A DNA stretch of 64,000 bases, from contig JBDRQD010000066.1 in the NCBI GenBank assembly GCA_043826455.1, positions 1-64,000 on the forward strand, read 5' to 3'. The first letter of the stretch is position 1, and the number at the start of each line of letters is the position of its first letter. This document shows positions 47,500 to 57,619 of the stretch, piece after piece. Position numbers and translations under genes: made by a program. This stretch comes from Candidatus Bathyarchaeota archaeon (GTDB taxonomy: Archaea > Thermoproteota > Bathyarchaeia > TCS64). Under the pieces are notes generated by a model. The model worked only from the letters and a program-made list of their open reading frames with translations, made no database searches and was not told the origin of the DNA.

Positions 47500-48561
47500 T
47501 TACAGCCATTTCTTTCTTCTAAAGAACATGATCATGGTTACCGTCACCATTATCATGACCACCCAGATCAGGGGGTAGGCTAGCTGCCACTCCAGCTCCG
47601 GCATAAACTTGAAGTTCATCCCGTAGACGCCGGCGATGAAGGTGAGAGGAATGAAGATGGTGCCTATGATGGTGAGCACCTTCATTATCTCGTTCATCCT
47701 GTTGCTGATGCTGCTAAGGTAGATGTCCAACATGCCCGAGAGGAGGTCACGGTAAGTCTCCACGGCGTCTATCGCCTGTATGGTGTGGTCGTAGACATCC
47801 CTCAGGTAGATGCGTGTAGTGTCCTTGATGAACCCCGTGCCGCCCCTCTCCAGTTTGCTGATTACCTCCCTGAGAGGCCAGATCGATTTGCGGAGAGTGA
47901 TCATCTGCCTTTTCATTCTATGAAGTTTCTCTATGGTATCGGAGCTGGGATTCTCAAGTAGCTCATCTTCTAGGGCCTCGATGTGGTCGCCCAGCTTCTC
48001 AAGAATAGTGAAGTAGTAGTCCACGATGGTGTCAACGAGGCTGTAGGCCAGATAGTCGGCGCCGTTCTTCCTGACGATGCCCTTGTTTGTGCGAAGCCTC
48101 TCCCTCAGCGGGTCAAAGATGTCCCCCTCCACCTCCTGAAAGCTGATGACCACGTCATCGTTCAGTATGATGCTGACCTGCTCAGTCTCAACTTCTTCCT
48201 TCTCGTCATCGTAGGTGAGCATCTTCAGGATGAAAAAGGCGTACCCGTCGTAATCGTCCATCTTGGGCCGCTGCTCCGTGTTCAAGATGTCCTCCAGAAG
48301 AAGGGGGTGAAAGTGGAAGCTTTCACCGATGTCCGCAATGATCTCCTCGTTCAAGCCTGAGATGTTTATCCAGGTCACCGTGGGTTTCCCTATGTAGCTG
48401 ACGACGTCGCTGATGTCCTCAACTCTTCGCTCGCTGTAATTTTCCTCGTCGTAATCTATGACGTCTATTACAGGAATAAGAGCCTCCTGATCTCCTACAT
48501 ATACCAGGGAGCCCGGGGGCTTTCCAGCCTTCACCGATCTACTGGTAGGTGACCTGCTCAT
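47500..48561 (-). CDS. corA: Magnesium/cobalt transporter CorA
   Basis: QRPK, PLTFIAGVYGMNF, MPEL. Confidence 0.97.
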   Translation of the reverse strand: MSRSPTSRSVKAGKPPGSLVYVGDQEALIPVIDVIDYDEENYSERRVEDISDVVSYIGKPTVTWINISGLNEEIIADIGESFHFHPLLLEDILNTEQRPKMDDYDGYAFFILKMLTYDDEKEEVETEQVSIILNDDVVISFQEVEGDIFDPLRERLRTNKGIVRKNGADYLAYSLVDTIVDYYFTILEKLGDHIEALEDELLENPSSDTIEKLHRMKRQMITLRKSIWPLREVISKLERGGTGFIKDTTRIYLRDVYDHTIQAIDAVETYRDLLSGMLDIYLSSISNRMNEIMKVLTIIGTIFIPLTFIAGVYGMNFKFMPELEWQLAYPLIWVVMIMVTVTMIMFFRRKKWL

Positions 48562-48632
48562 GGGTCACAATAGATTCGGGGAGGTTATAGGGACTTTGGT
48601 ATAGTAATAAAGAAAAAGGAAAAATTGGAGGT

Positions 48633-49979
48633 TTATGCTAGGTAGCCCTGGGCCACCATCGCGTTGGCGACCTTGAGGAAGCCCGCGATGTTTGCGCCCA
48701 GTACGTAGTTCCCTGGCTGCCCGAAGAGCTTGGCTGTCTCGTGGGCGTTCTGGTGGATGTTCACCATGATGCCGTGGAGCTTCTCGTCAACCTCCTCGCG
48801 GCTCCAGAAGAGCCTCTGGCTGTTCTGAGCCATCTCCAGACCTGAGGTGGCCACGCCTCCCGCGTTAGAGGCCTTGCCGGGTGCGAACAGCACGCCAGCC
48901 TCCTGGAAGGCTATCACGCCCTCGGGTGTGGTGGGCATGTTGGCGCCCTCGCTGACAGCCTTCACGCCGCCGTCGATGAGCTTCTTGGCGTCCTTGCCGT
49001 CCAGCTCGTTCTGGGTGGCGCAGGGCATGGCGATGTCGACCTTGTACTCCCAGGGCTTGCCGCCGTCCTTGTACTCCAGTTTGTATTTCTCGGCGAGCTC
49101 GCTGATCCTGCCCCTCTTGACGTTCTTCAGGTCCATGACGTAGTCCCACTGGGCCTTGGTTAGGCCGTCGGGCATGTACACTGTGCCGTCAGAATCACTG
49201 AGAGTGACAACCTTGGCGCCTAGCTGCATGCACTTCTCGGCCGCGTACTGGGCCACGTTGCCGCTTCCGCTGATGGCGATCTTCTTTCCCTTGAAGCTCT
49301 CCTTCTTGGTCTTCAGCATCTCCTCAGCGAAGTAGGTGGCTCCGTAGCCGGTGGCCTCGGGCCTGACGAGGCTTCCGCCCCAGCCCCAGCCCTTGCCGGT
49401 GAGCACACATGTGCCGTGGTCGTTAGTGATCTTCCTATAGGCCGCGTACATGTACCCGATCTCTCGGGCGCCGACACCGATGTCACCCGCGGGGACGTCG
49501 GTGAACTGGCCGATGTGCCTGTACATCTCACCCATGAAGCTGTGGCAGAAGTTCTCGACCTCGCTGTCGTTCTTGCCCTTAGGGTCGAAGTCGCTTCCGC
49601 CCTTGCCACCTCCCATGGGGAGAGTGGTCAGGCTGTTCTTGAAGGTCTGCTCGAAGCCGAGGAACTTGAGTACACCTAGGTCGACAGTCGGGTGGAACCT
49701 GAAGCCGCCCTTGTAGGGACCGATGGCGCTGTTGTACTGGATCCTGTAGCCCCTGTTGACGTGGATCTCGCCATCCTTGTCCTTCCAGGGTACACGGAAC
49801 TGGATGATCCTCTCAGGCTCGACGATGCGCTCCAGGATCTTGTGCTCCTTGTACTTGGGGAACTTCTTGATGGCGGGCTCCAGAGTCTCCAGGACCTCCA
49901 GAGCTGCCTGGTGGAAGGTCTTCTGTAGAGGATCCTTCTGAACCAGGCCCTCATAAATGCTCTCAATATACTTGTCCAT
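48633..49979 (-). CDS. gdhA: NADP-specific glutamate dehydrogenase
   Basis: GPYKGG, GGGKGGSDF, PAGDIGVG, RPEATGYG, SGSGNVA. Confidence 0.96.
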   Translation of the reverse strand: MDKYIESIYEGLVQKDPLQKTFHQAALEVLETLEPAIKKFPKYKEHKILERIVEPERIIQFRVPWKDKDGEIHVNRGYRIQYNSAIGPYKGGFRFHPTVDLGVLKFLGFEQTFKNSLTTLPMGGGKGGSDFDPKGKNDSEVENFCHSFMGEMYRHIGQFTDVPAGDIGVGAREIGYMYAAYRKITNDHGTCVLTGKGWGWGGSLVRPEATGYGATYFAEEMLKTKKESFKGKKIAISGSGNVAQYAAEKCMQLGAKVVTLSDSDGTVYMPDGLTKAQWDYVMDLKNVKRGRISELAEKYKLEYKDGGKPWEYKVDIAMPCATQNELDGKDAKKLIDGGVKAVSEGANMPTTPEGVIAFQEAGVLFAPGKASNAGGVATSGLEMAQNSQRLFWSREEVDEKLHGIMVNIHQNAHETAKLFGQPGNYVLGANIAGFLKVANAMVAQGYLA

Positions 49980-50132
49980 AGGACTTCACCTAGTAAGTCG
50001 CGTAAACGGAACTCATATAGGGTATATATAAGTTTGGAGAATATTTGATGAAAAGTAAATACTGTAATTAGATTTGTATGGCAGTAAGTTCAGAAATGTA
50101 CACAGTCGATATAAGTAATGATAAAAAATGGT

Positions 50133-52505
50133 TTAGTTGCCCACGGAGGGCTGCCCAGCTGCAGCAGATCTAACCCTTATCCGTGAGGCGAACTCCGTGG
50201 CTAGGGCCACGAGGCGGTCCGGCTCGCAGCTGTTCACATTGTATATCTCCAGCCGGTCTCCGCCCACGCCCAGCACCTCCAGGCTCTTCTTCATGTAGGC
50301 CACCCTGTCCTTGGCCTTCCTGCTGCCGTCTATGTAGTGGCACTGGGACTCGGGGCAGGCGAAGACCATGACGCCGTCGGCGCCGTGGTCGAAGGCCTTC
50401 AGCAGGTGGAGGGCGTCCAGTCGGCCGCTGCAGGGGACCTTGAGTATCCTGACATTGTCAGGTATCTTCATCCCCATCTGGCTGGCCAGTTCCGAGGCGT
50501 ACCCGGCGGCGCCCTCGCAGGCGAAGGCGACAACCACGGGCTCGTCCCGGTCCTCCAGCCACTTGGTGGGCTTCAGCAGCCCCTCTATGGCCGGTAGGAC
50601 CTGCTCGTCCCTGAAGAGGCGGAGCTGCATGGCGGCCACGGGGCACGTCGCCGCGCAGATGCCGCAGCCCGTGCAGGCCTCCACGTTTACCACTGGTAGC
50701 CCGAAGTCGCCCCAGTCGATGGCCTCGAAGGGGCACGCGCTGGCGCAGGCGCCGCAGCCCACACACTTGTCCTCGTCCACCACGGCCTTGGTTAGCTCCA
50801 CCTCTATCCACTTCTTGGACAGTAGGCTGGAGGCCTTGCCCGTGGCGTAGAGGACCTGGTTGAGGCTGTGCTGTATGTCCATGGGGCCCTGACAGGCTCC
50901 GGCTATGTAGACGCCGGCGATGTTGGTCTCCACGGGGCTCAGCTTGGGGTTCCTCTCGTTGATGAAGCCCTCCTGGCCCACGTCGAGGCCTATGGCCTTG
51001 GCCAGAACCTCGTTGCCTGGAGATGCCTCCATGCCGTTGCTGAGGACCACCATGTCGGCTTCCAGTTCGGCGTCTTCACCGGCCTCGTCCTTGTATGTGA
51101 AGGTGAAGCCCTCCGCTTCCTCGGCCAGCTTCACGGCCTCACCTCTAACCAGCCTGACTCCCCTCTCCTCCGCCTCGTAATACATCCGCTCATAGTCCTT
51201 GCCGTTGAGCCTGATGTCCTTGTGGAGGATGGTGACCTCTGTGTCGGGCCAACGCTTCTTGATGTCCAGGGCGTGCTTCACGGCGATGCCGCAACATATC
51301 CTGCTACAGTACTCGTGGATGCGGGGGTCCCTGCTGCCCACGCATTGAACCATGAGCACCCTGTCCGGCGCCTGGCCGTCGCTGAGCCTTCTGAGGCTTC
51401 CGCCCGAGGGTCCGCTCATGTCCAGGAGCCTGGCCAGGTGGAGCTGGGTCAACACATCCGGGTACTCCCCGTACCCGTACATGCCCTTGGGGTCGAACAT
51501 CTCGAAGCCTGTGGCCACGATGACTGTCCCCGCCTTCAGCGTCTTCTCCTCTGGCTGCATCTCCAGGTCGATGGCGCCTACCGGGCAAGCCTCGGCCAGC
51601 TCCTCAGGGTTCTCGCAGTGCTCCAGGTCCATGTATGGGATTCTGGGCAGGCTCTGGTTGTTGGGTATGTATACTGCCTTGCGTTTGCTTAGGCCTAGGT
51701 CAAATTCGTTGGGGGCTTCACCCTTGCACAGATCTACGCACTTGTCGCAGCCTATGCATTTGTCGGGGTCTATGTACCTGGGCCTGGTCTCGATGATGGC
51801 CCTGAAGTTACCTACTACGCCAGCCAGCTTCTTGAGGCTGCTGAGGGCGTGGAGCTCAACGTTGGGGCTCACCGCCACAGGGCTCCTGTACATGCAGCGC
51901 CTGTGAAGCTCGCCCTCGAAGGGGGCTATGCAGTTACCGCAGTCCATGGATGGGAAGCATGTGCCCAGTTGGGGGGTCTTGCCGCCCAGGAAGGGGCCAC
52001 GCTCCACCAGGTGGACCTTGTATCCCTGGTCCGCTAGCCTGGTAGCCGCCTCTATTCCCACGAGGCCGCCGCCTATCACCAGGGCTGCCTGCTCCACGGG
52101 CATCCTCTGGGACTTTACCTCCTCCAGGCTGCCTACCCGGCTGACCGCCGCCCTTAGCAGTATCTTGGCCTTCTCGGCCACTACCTTGTCCTCGGCCTCG
52201 GCCGCGCAGAGCTCGCTGATGTCTATGACCTCTATCAGGTACTTGTTGACGCCCACGTCGACGGCGGCGTGCATGTAGGCCTCCTTGAACAGCCGTGGCC
52301 TGCATGAGGCGAAGACGACGCGGTCCACCTTGTTCTCCTGGACCCACTCCTTGAACCTTTGGAGGTCCTTCTCCGTGGGCCCGTAGTGGCCGCTGTCCAC
52401 GGCCGTGACGTCGGGTAGGGTCTTGGCGTACACGGCCAGGCCGCCTACCTTGGCTGTGGTGTCGGGGCTGGTGCCCCATGGGCTGACTACTATTCCGATC
52501 CTCAT
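50133..52505 (-). CDS. hdrA: HdrA-like flavoprotein fused to MvhD (copy 2)
   Basis: GGGLVG, DCGNC, QCVGSR..CSRICC, ferredoxin motifs, VPCSGR...CHY. Confidence 0.9.
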   Translation of the reverse strand: MRIGIVVSPWGTSPDTTAKVGGLAVYAKTLPDVTAVDSGHYGPTEKDLQRFKEWVQENKVDRVVFASCRPRLFKEAYMHAAVDVGVNKYLIEVIDISELCAAEAEDKVVAEKAKILLRAAVSRVGSLEEVKSQRMPVEQAALVIGGGLVGIEAATRLADQGYKVHLVERGPFLGGKTPQLGTCFPSMDCGNCIAPFEGELHRRCMYRSPVAVSPNVELHALSSLKKLAGVVGNFRAIIETRPRYIDPDKCIGCDKCVDLCKGEAPNEFDLGLSKRKAVYIPNNQSLPRIPYMDLEHCENPEELAEACPVGAIDLEMQPEEKTLKAGTVIVATGFEMFDPKGMYGYGEYPDVLTQLHLARLLDMSGPSGGSLRRLSDGQAPDRVLMVQCVGSRDPRIHEYCSRICCGIAVKHALDIKKRWPDTEVTILHKDIRLNGKDYERMYYEAEERGVRLVRGEAVKLAEEAEGFTFTYKDEAGEDAELEADMVVLSNGMEASPGNEVLAKAIGLDVGQEGFINERNPKLSPVETNIAGVYIAGACQGPMDIQHSLNQVLYATGKASSLLSKKWIEVELTKAVVDEDKCVGCGACASACPFEAIDWGDFGLPVVNVEACTGCGICAATCPVAAMQLRLFRDEQVLPAIEGLLKPTKWLEDRDEPVVVAFACEGAAGYASELASQMGMKIPDNVRILKVPCSGRLDALHLLKAFDHGADGVMVFACPESQCHYIDGSRKAKDRVAYMKKSLEVLGVGGDRLEIYNVNSCEPDRLVALATEFASRIRVRSAAAGQPSVGN

Positions 52506-54775
52506 CTCTCCGCCTCCTTGAGCTTCTCCTCCAGGCTAGCCAAGGCCTCTGTGAACTGGGCGACCATGGTGCCGCTGGACTCCAGTATCCTGATGGGCGT
52601 CTCTATGCCCATGGTCTCGAAGAACTCGCCTATGATGTCCATCTGGCTCCTGCTCCTCTGGGTGCCCTTCAGGAAGTGGCACCTGTCCTTGACGCAGCCG
52701 ACGAGGAGCACGGCGTCCGCGCCCCACCTGACGGCGTTGAGCACGTTCCTGAGGCTGAGGTTGCTCATGCAGTTGACGTACACGGGCATGAAGCTGGCAC
52801 TGTACTCCGTCTTGTTGAACCCGGCCGTGTCCAGGAGGTTGTACCCGCAGTCGTCGCACAGGAAGCCCACGACCAGTGGACCAGTCTTGTCCTCCGCGAT
52901 GGCCTTCACCTGGGCGTCTATGAGGTCGAACCCGTAGTTAGGTGTCTCAAGGGCCCTGGTTGGGCAGCTGCTGACGCAGAGTCCGCAGCTCTGGCATAGC
53001 TCCACGTTGAACTGGGGGTACTCTTCATCGGGGATGGTTATGGCCTCGTATGGGCACACGCTGCGGCATATTCCGCACTTTCCGCAGTTCTCCTCGTCCA
53101 CTATTGGGTGGTTGGCCTTCTTCTCCACGTAGGCTTTGAGGTGTGAGCCGCCCATGAAGGCGGCTGCCCCGGCCTGGGCTATGCTGTCGGGGATGTTCTT
53201 GGCGCCCGTGCACGCGCCGGCTATGTAGACGCCGGGGACTCGGGTGACCGTGTTGGCCACCTTCTCGTCCACCTCCTTCATGAAGCCGCTCTGGGTAGTC
53301 TCCACGTTGAAGAGCTCAGCCACCTTGCCTGCTCCATTGGCGGGAACCATGCCAGTGGACAGGACTACCAGGTCTGCTTCTAGGTGCCCCGGCTCGCTCA
53401 TGCCGTTCACGTAGTCCACGCCCAGGCCGTCTCCCTGGGTCTCCACGTTGAGGATGTCCCCGTGGACGAAGTTCACCTCAAGGTCCTTGGCCTCGTTGTA
53501 CAGGGTCTCGAACCCGTAGCCGCTGGCCCTGATGTCCCTGAAGAGGACCGTGATGTCGGCGTCGGGGTTCTTGAACTTCTTGATGATGGTGCTGTTCTTG
53601 ATGGCGGCCATGCAGCAGTACTTGCTGCAGTCGGGGCTGTACTCCGGGTCCCTGCTCCCGACGCACTGAACCATGACGATCTTGGAGGGCTTCTTCAAGT
53701 CGCTTGGGCGAACCAGTCTGCCTCCGGTTGGGCCCAGGGGGTCCAGGAGCCGGGCAAGCTGGTACTGGGTGATGACGTTGGGTAGCCCGTACCCCCACTT
53801 GGGTATCCCCGTGGGGTCGAAGTCCTGGAAGCCCGTGGCCAGCACCACGGAGCCTACCTCTAGGGTCTGCTCTCCGGGCGCCTCGTCGAAGCTCATGAGG
53901 GCTGCCGGGAAGACGCTGACGCAGCTACCGCACCTGGACTCGGCCACGGCCTTCACGGCCTCCTTGGAGGGGGCCGTGCTGTAGACCAGCTTGTACCCCA
54001 TCCCCTTCTCGGACGGGGCTGGCGCGGCCTCCACCGGCTGCCCCTTCCCGGCCTTGGGCTCCACGTCCAGCTTCACTGGCTTCCGCTCAATGGTGACCTT
54101 GAACCCATGGGGGGTCCTCTCCACGTGCTTCACCTCGGTGCTCACGTGGTAGGTGATGCCCCTCTTGGTGAGGAACTCTATCATCTGGGGTCCCCTTAAG
54201 CACTTGGTGCAGTCCTCCTCGGGGTACGTCTTGCTGATGAGGGGCATGGCTCCGCCTATTGCGGGCTTCCGCTCCACCACGTGCACCCTGAAGCCCTGGT
54301 CGGCCAGCTCACTGGCCGCTGTGAGCCCGGCGATGCCTGCGCCGACCACGAGGGCCTCCTGGCTTCTCTGGTACTGGACCAGGTCCATGGGCCGGATGGA
54401 CCGGGCCTTGGCCACGGCCGCCGCCATGAGCCTCTTGGCCTTCTCAGTCGCCTGAGCCTCGTCCGGGTGAACCCAGGCGATCTGCTCCTTGGTGTTGAGG
54501 ATGACCAGATTCTGGGGGTCAAAGCCGGACGCCTCCATCACGGCCTCCAAGGGCCTGGCGCACACCGACCTAGTGCACGCGAAGGCGACCACCTTGTCGC
54601 CGCCCCCCGTCATAGCCTCCACCAGCTCGTCCTTCACGGACCTGGTGCAGGCGGCGTCCACTGTGAGTATCTCGGTTACGCCCTCGAGGCCCCGGACAAA
54701 CGCTTTGAGCTCGTTGAAGTCCAGGCTCTCCCTGAGGACGTCGCCGCACGTGCAGAATAGTACCTGTACGCTCAT
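52502..54775 (-). CDS. hdrA: HdrA-like flavoprotein fused to MvhD (copy 1)
   Basis: CTCG, GAGIAG, DCTKC, QCVGSR..CSKYCC, C-terminal ferredoxin, FLCDDC...CHF. Confidence 0.9.
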   Translation of the reverse strand: MSVQVLFCTCGDVLRESLDFNELKAFVRGLEGVTEILTVDAACTRSVKDELVEAMTGGGDKVVAFACTRSVCARPLEAVMEASGFDPQNLVILNTKEQIAWVHPDEAQATEKAKRLMAAAVAKARSIRPMDLVQYQRSQEALVVGAGIAGLTAASELADQGFRVHVVERKPAIGGAMPLISKTYPEEDCTKCLRGPQMIEFLTKRGITYHVSTEVKHVERTPHGFKVTIERKPVKLDVEPKAGKGQPVEAAPAPSEKGMGYKLVYSTAPSKEAVKAVAESRCGSCVSVFPAALMSFDEAPGEQTLEVGSVVLATGFQDFDPTGIPKWGYGLPNVITQYQLARLLDPLGPTGGRLVRPSDLKKPSKIVMVQCVGSRDPEYSPDCSKYCCMAAIKNSTIIKKFKNPDADITVLFRDIRASGYGFETLYNEAKDLEVNFVHGDILNVETQGDGLGVDYVNGMSEPGHLEADLVVLSTGMVPANGAGKVAELFNVETTQSGFMKEVDEKVANTVTRVPGVYIAGACTGAKNIPDSIAQAGAAAFMGGSHLKAYVEKKANHPIVDEENCGKCGICRSVCPYEAITIPDEEYPQFNVELCQSCGLCVSSCPTRALETPNYGFDLIDAQVKAIAEDKTGPLVVGFLCDDCGYNLLDTAGFNKTEYSASFMPVYVNCMSNLSLRNVLNAVRWGADAVLLVGCVKDRCHFLKGTQRSRSQMDIIGEFFETMGIETPIRILESSGTMVAQFTEALASLEEKLKEAER

Positions 54776-54777
54776 GG

Positions 54778-56178
54778 CTATACCTCCTTGACCTCCACCA
54801 TGCTGCCATCCACGCTGATGTCGAAGTCCACCATGTGGACGCTACAGCTGGTGCAGGGGTCGTAGCACCTGACTATCTTCTCCAGCCTCCAGCAGGCCTC
54901 GGCCCTCTTCGCCGGGTCGGCCAGCTCGGGGGCGTATATCTTGGCGTTCTCGTAGAGGTCCTGCTGTATGAGGGGGTGGTTGTAGGTGGTGGGCGCCATG
55001 ATGTTGGCGTACCTTATGAGGCCCTTGTCATCGATCACATAATGATGGGTCAGGATGCCCCTGGGTGCCTCTATGAAGGCCGCACCCTCGCCGCCTCGGC
55101 TCTTCACTGGGACCCTGATGTCGTCCCTGGTGATGCCCGGGTCCTCCAGCATCTGAAGCACCTCCTCCTGTCCCGCTATCAGCTCCGGTATCCTGGCCAA
55201 GTTGAAGCCCTGCACCTGTATGCAGGTACGCGGAAACAGCTTCAGATACCTTTCCTCGTACTCCCGGGCCACGGGGAAGGGAATCCTGCTGGCCACGTTG
55301 AGCCTGGCCAGAGGCCCGACCCTCAGGTTGCCGCTGGCGCCCTCAGGCTTGTAGTATGGAACCTTGGTGCTGCTGTGGCTCCAAACGGCTTCCTGTATGT
55401 AGTTATAGTACTTGGAGGGGTTGAACTTGGCCAGCTCCTTCCCGTTGCCCGAGATAATCCTGGCGTCGCCGTCGTATACGTCGTAGTGGCCGTCGGGGCT
55501 GTTGACCAGGGCCATGAAGTTGGTGTCCACGTCGGGGAACTGGCTGCATGACAGTGCGTCCGTCTCGTAGATGTCGAAAACGAAGTCGGCGTAGGCCTTG
55601 ATGAGCTCCAGGACCTCCTTGCCCTCCTCCAGGAGCTCGTCCCGGCGCTGCTCCTTCAGTTGCAGCGTCTGGCCTCCGGGCACGCTGGTGACCACCTGCA
55701 CTATCCTTCCGCCCGTGGCCTGAACCACCTTGTTACCGTAGGCGTGTATCTTTAGCGCTGCCTTGCCAATATCCGGGTACTTGCCCATGAGGGCTATGAA
55801 GTTCCTGCCCTCGGCGGGCAGCCCCGCCATGTCCGGGATGGCCAGGAAGGCGCTGTGGAGGCTGTGGCTGGTGACGAAGCCGCCTGCGTTCATGAGGCGC
55901 CTCAGCTTGACAGCCGTCTCCGTGGGCTTGACGCCCCACGCGTCCTCTATGGTCTTTACTGATACCAGGTGGTGGCTCACGTAGCAGATGCCGCATATGC
56001 GCTGCGTCAGCCGGGGCGCCTCCTCAGCTCTCTTACCGGTGAGCAGGTACTCGAAGAACCTGGGGGCCACGGTGATCTGGAACTTTAGGTCGTGGAGCTG
56101 GTTGTCCTTGATCTCTACCTTGATCTTGCCCATGCCCTCGATCCTGGTGAGGGGGTCCACTTCAACTATCTTTGACAT
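54778..56178 (-). CDS. mvhA: Group 3 [NiFe]-hydrogenase large subunit (MvhA-like)
   Basis: TRIEG, RICGIC, EAPRG, YDPCTSCSVH plus C-terminal extension. Confidence 0.92.
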   Translation of the reverse strand: MSKIVEVDPLTRIEGMGKIKVEIKDNQLHDLKFQITVAPRFFEYLLTGKRAEEAPRLTQRICGICYVSHHLVSVKTIEDAWGVKPTETAVKLRRLMNAGGFVTSHSLHSAFLAIPDMAGLPAEGRNFIALMGKYPDIGKAALKIHAYGNKVVQATGGRIVQVVTSVPGGQTLQLKEQRRDELLEEGKEVLELIKAYADFVFDIYETDALSCSQFPDVDTNFMALVNSPDGHYDVYDGDARIISGNGKELAKFNPSKYYNYIQEAVWSHSSTKVPYYKPEGASGNLRVGPLARLNVASRIPFPVAREYEERYLKLFPRTCIQVQGFNLARIPELIAGQEEVLQMLEDPGITRDDIRVPVKSRGGEGAAFIEAPRGILTHHYVIDDKGLIRYANIMAPTTYNHPLIQQDLYENAKIYAPELADPAKRAEACWRLEKIVRCYDPCTSCSVHMVDFDISVDGSMVEVKEV

Positions 56179-56179
56179 G

Positions 56180-57043
56180 TCATCTCCTCCGGGCCAGCTC
56201 ACTAAGCACGGACTCCGCGTACGTGAACCTGTAGAGCATGGCGCTGTACTTGTTGGCGTCGAAGCCGTCACTGAGCTGGGTCAGGAGCCCCGTCATGGCA
56301 TCGATCATGGCTAGGCCCTGGTCGTCCACCTCCAGGCACTTGCCTCGGCACCCCTCGCAGGTGTTGCCTGACTGGGGGCAGGGGGCCCCGCAGCCGCCCA
56401 TGGTGGCGGGCCCCATGCAGAAGTACCCCTGCTCCAGCAGGCACCTGTCGGGGTCGGGAAGGCTCTCGTGGATGCGTTTCAGGCTCTTGTCGTACTCCCC
56501 CAGCCTCTCCTTGGGACAGTCGTCGCATACCTGGGTCCTGTTGACCTCGGGCTCCTCTCCGCCGAGCAGCGACACCAGGGTGCCGGCGATGTCTGTGACC
56601 TCGGGCGGGCACCCGGGTATGGTGTAGTCTACTTTGACGAAGTGCTTGATGGGATGCTGCTCCGGTAGGCTCTCTAGGTGCGTGGGCACCGTGCCCTTGT
56701 CTGTGCCCCTGTGGTTGCTGTAGATCATCTCCATGAGCTGCCTACCGTCCTTGAGGTTGGCGAGGCCCGGGATGCCGCCGAAGGCCGCGCATGCCCCCAG
56801 GGCTATGACGACCTTGGACTTTTCCCGTATCTCCTTGATTATCTCCTCCTCGTGGGTGTTCCTGATGCCGCCCTCCACAAGAGCCACGTCGATGCCGTCG
56901 GGTATCTCCTTGGCGTCCAAGAGGGTGGGCGCGTACACAGGCTCGTTCGCCGCGAGGATATCTACCAGGGCCTCGTGGAGACCCAGGGCGGCGACTTGAC
57001 ACCCGCTATCCCCCGCCAAACCGATCAATAATATTCTTGCCAT
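56180..57043 (-). CDS. mvhG: [NiFe]-hydrogenase small subunit (MvhG-like)
   Basis: DSGC, GACA..GG, PGCPP, CLLEQG..CMGP, CEGC. Confidence 0.9.
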   Translation of the reverse strand: MARILLIGLAGDSGCQVAALGLHEALVDILAANEPVYAPTLLDAKEIPDGIDVALVEGGIRNTHEEEIIKEIREKSKVVIALGACAAFGGIPGLANLKDGRQLMEMIYSNHRGTDKGTVPTHLESLPEQHPIKHFVKVDYTIPGCPPEVTDIAGTLVSLLGGEEPEVNRTQVCDDCPKERLGEYDKSLKRIHESLPDPDRCLLEQGYFCMGPATMGGCGAPCPQSGNTCEGCRGKCLEVDDQGLAMIDAMTGLLTQLSDGFDANKYSAMLYRFTYAESVLSELARRR

Positions 57044-57208
57044 GTCATCTCCTGCCTAAACTCTGACAGTTAGGCCCAGGCGCTGGGCATCACCGCGGAC
57101 GGGTATAGTAGGACCTTCCGGTTTAATGCAATCTTTGGGCATCCTGGGAATCTTATAGTCGTTAAAATGCAATCATATATTGTTTTCGTAAACAGGTTTT
57201 GTCAAAAA

Positions 57209-57619
57209 TTACACGGCCCCTTCTGTATATACTGGACCGCGTAACTTCTCGGTGAGGAACGCTATGTAGCCGGCTATGTCGCCCTTCACGTTGACCTGTA
57301 TGGGGCCCATGGGGTCATCCCCCTCCAGGTTCAGGGACACGTGGCCCGCATAGGCGGACTGCTTGTTGAGGCCGAAGCTCAGTTCGTCCTCCCGGGTCCA
57401 CCGGGTGAGCACCGTCCTTATGGTGTCCCTTATCTTGTCCTGGGCTATCCTGCCCCTGAGCTCCTTCACTGCCTCGACGCCCTCCAGCTTGGCCGTGATG
57501 ACCTCGTTCTCGTGGTCCACCTGGAGCTCGATCTCGCCGAAGAGGTTCTTCACAGCCTTGGCCACCTTTAGGGGGTCCTCTGTGGGCTGCACCCTGGCTC
57601 TAATCCATGTGGTCGTCAA
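57209..57619 (-). CDS. UPF0201/DUF54 putative RNA-binding protein
   Basis: PTEDPLKV..AV.N, LNKQSAYAG, PMGPI. Confidence 0.88.
   Translation of the reverse strand: MTTTWIRARVQPTEDPLKVAKAVKNLFGEIELQVDHENEVITAKLEGVEAVKELRGRIAQDKIRDTIRTVLTRWTREDELSFGLNKQSAYAGHVSLNLEGDDPMGPIQVNVKGDIAGYIAFLTEKLRGPVYTEGAV

Noticed and set aside
50133..57043. Selenocysteine recoding in Hdr/Mvh genes
   Set aside because: No in-frame TGA; the relevant positions are Cys
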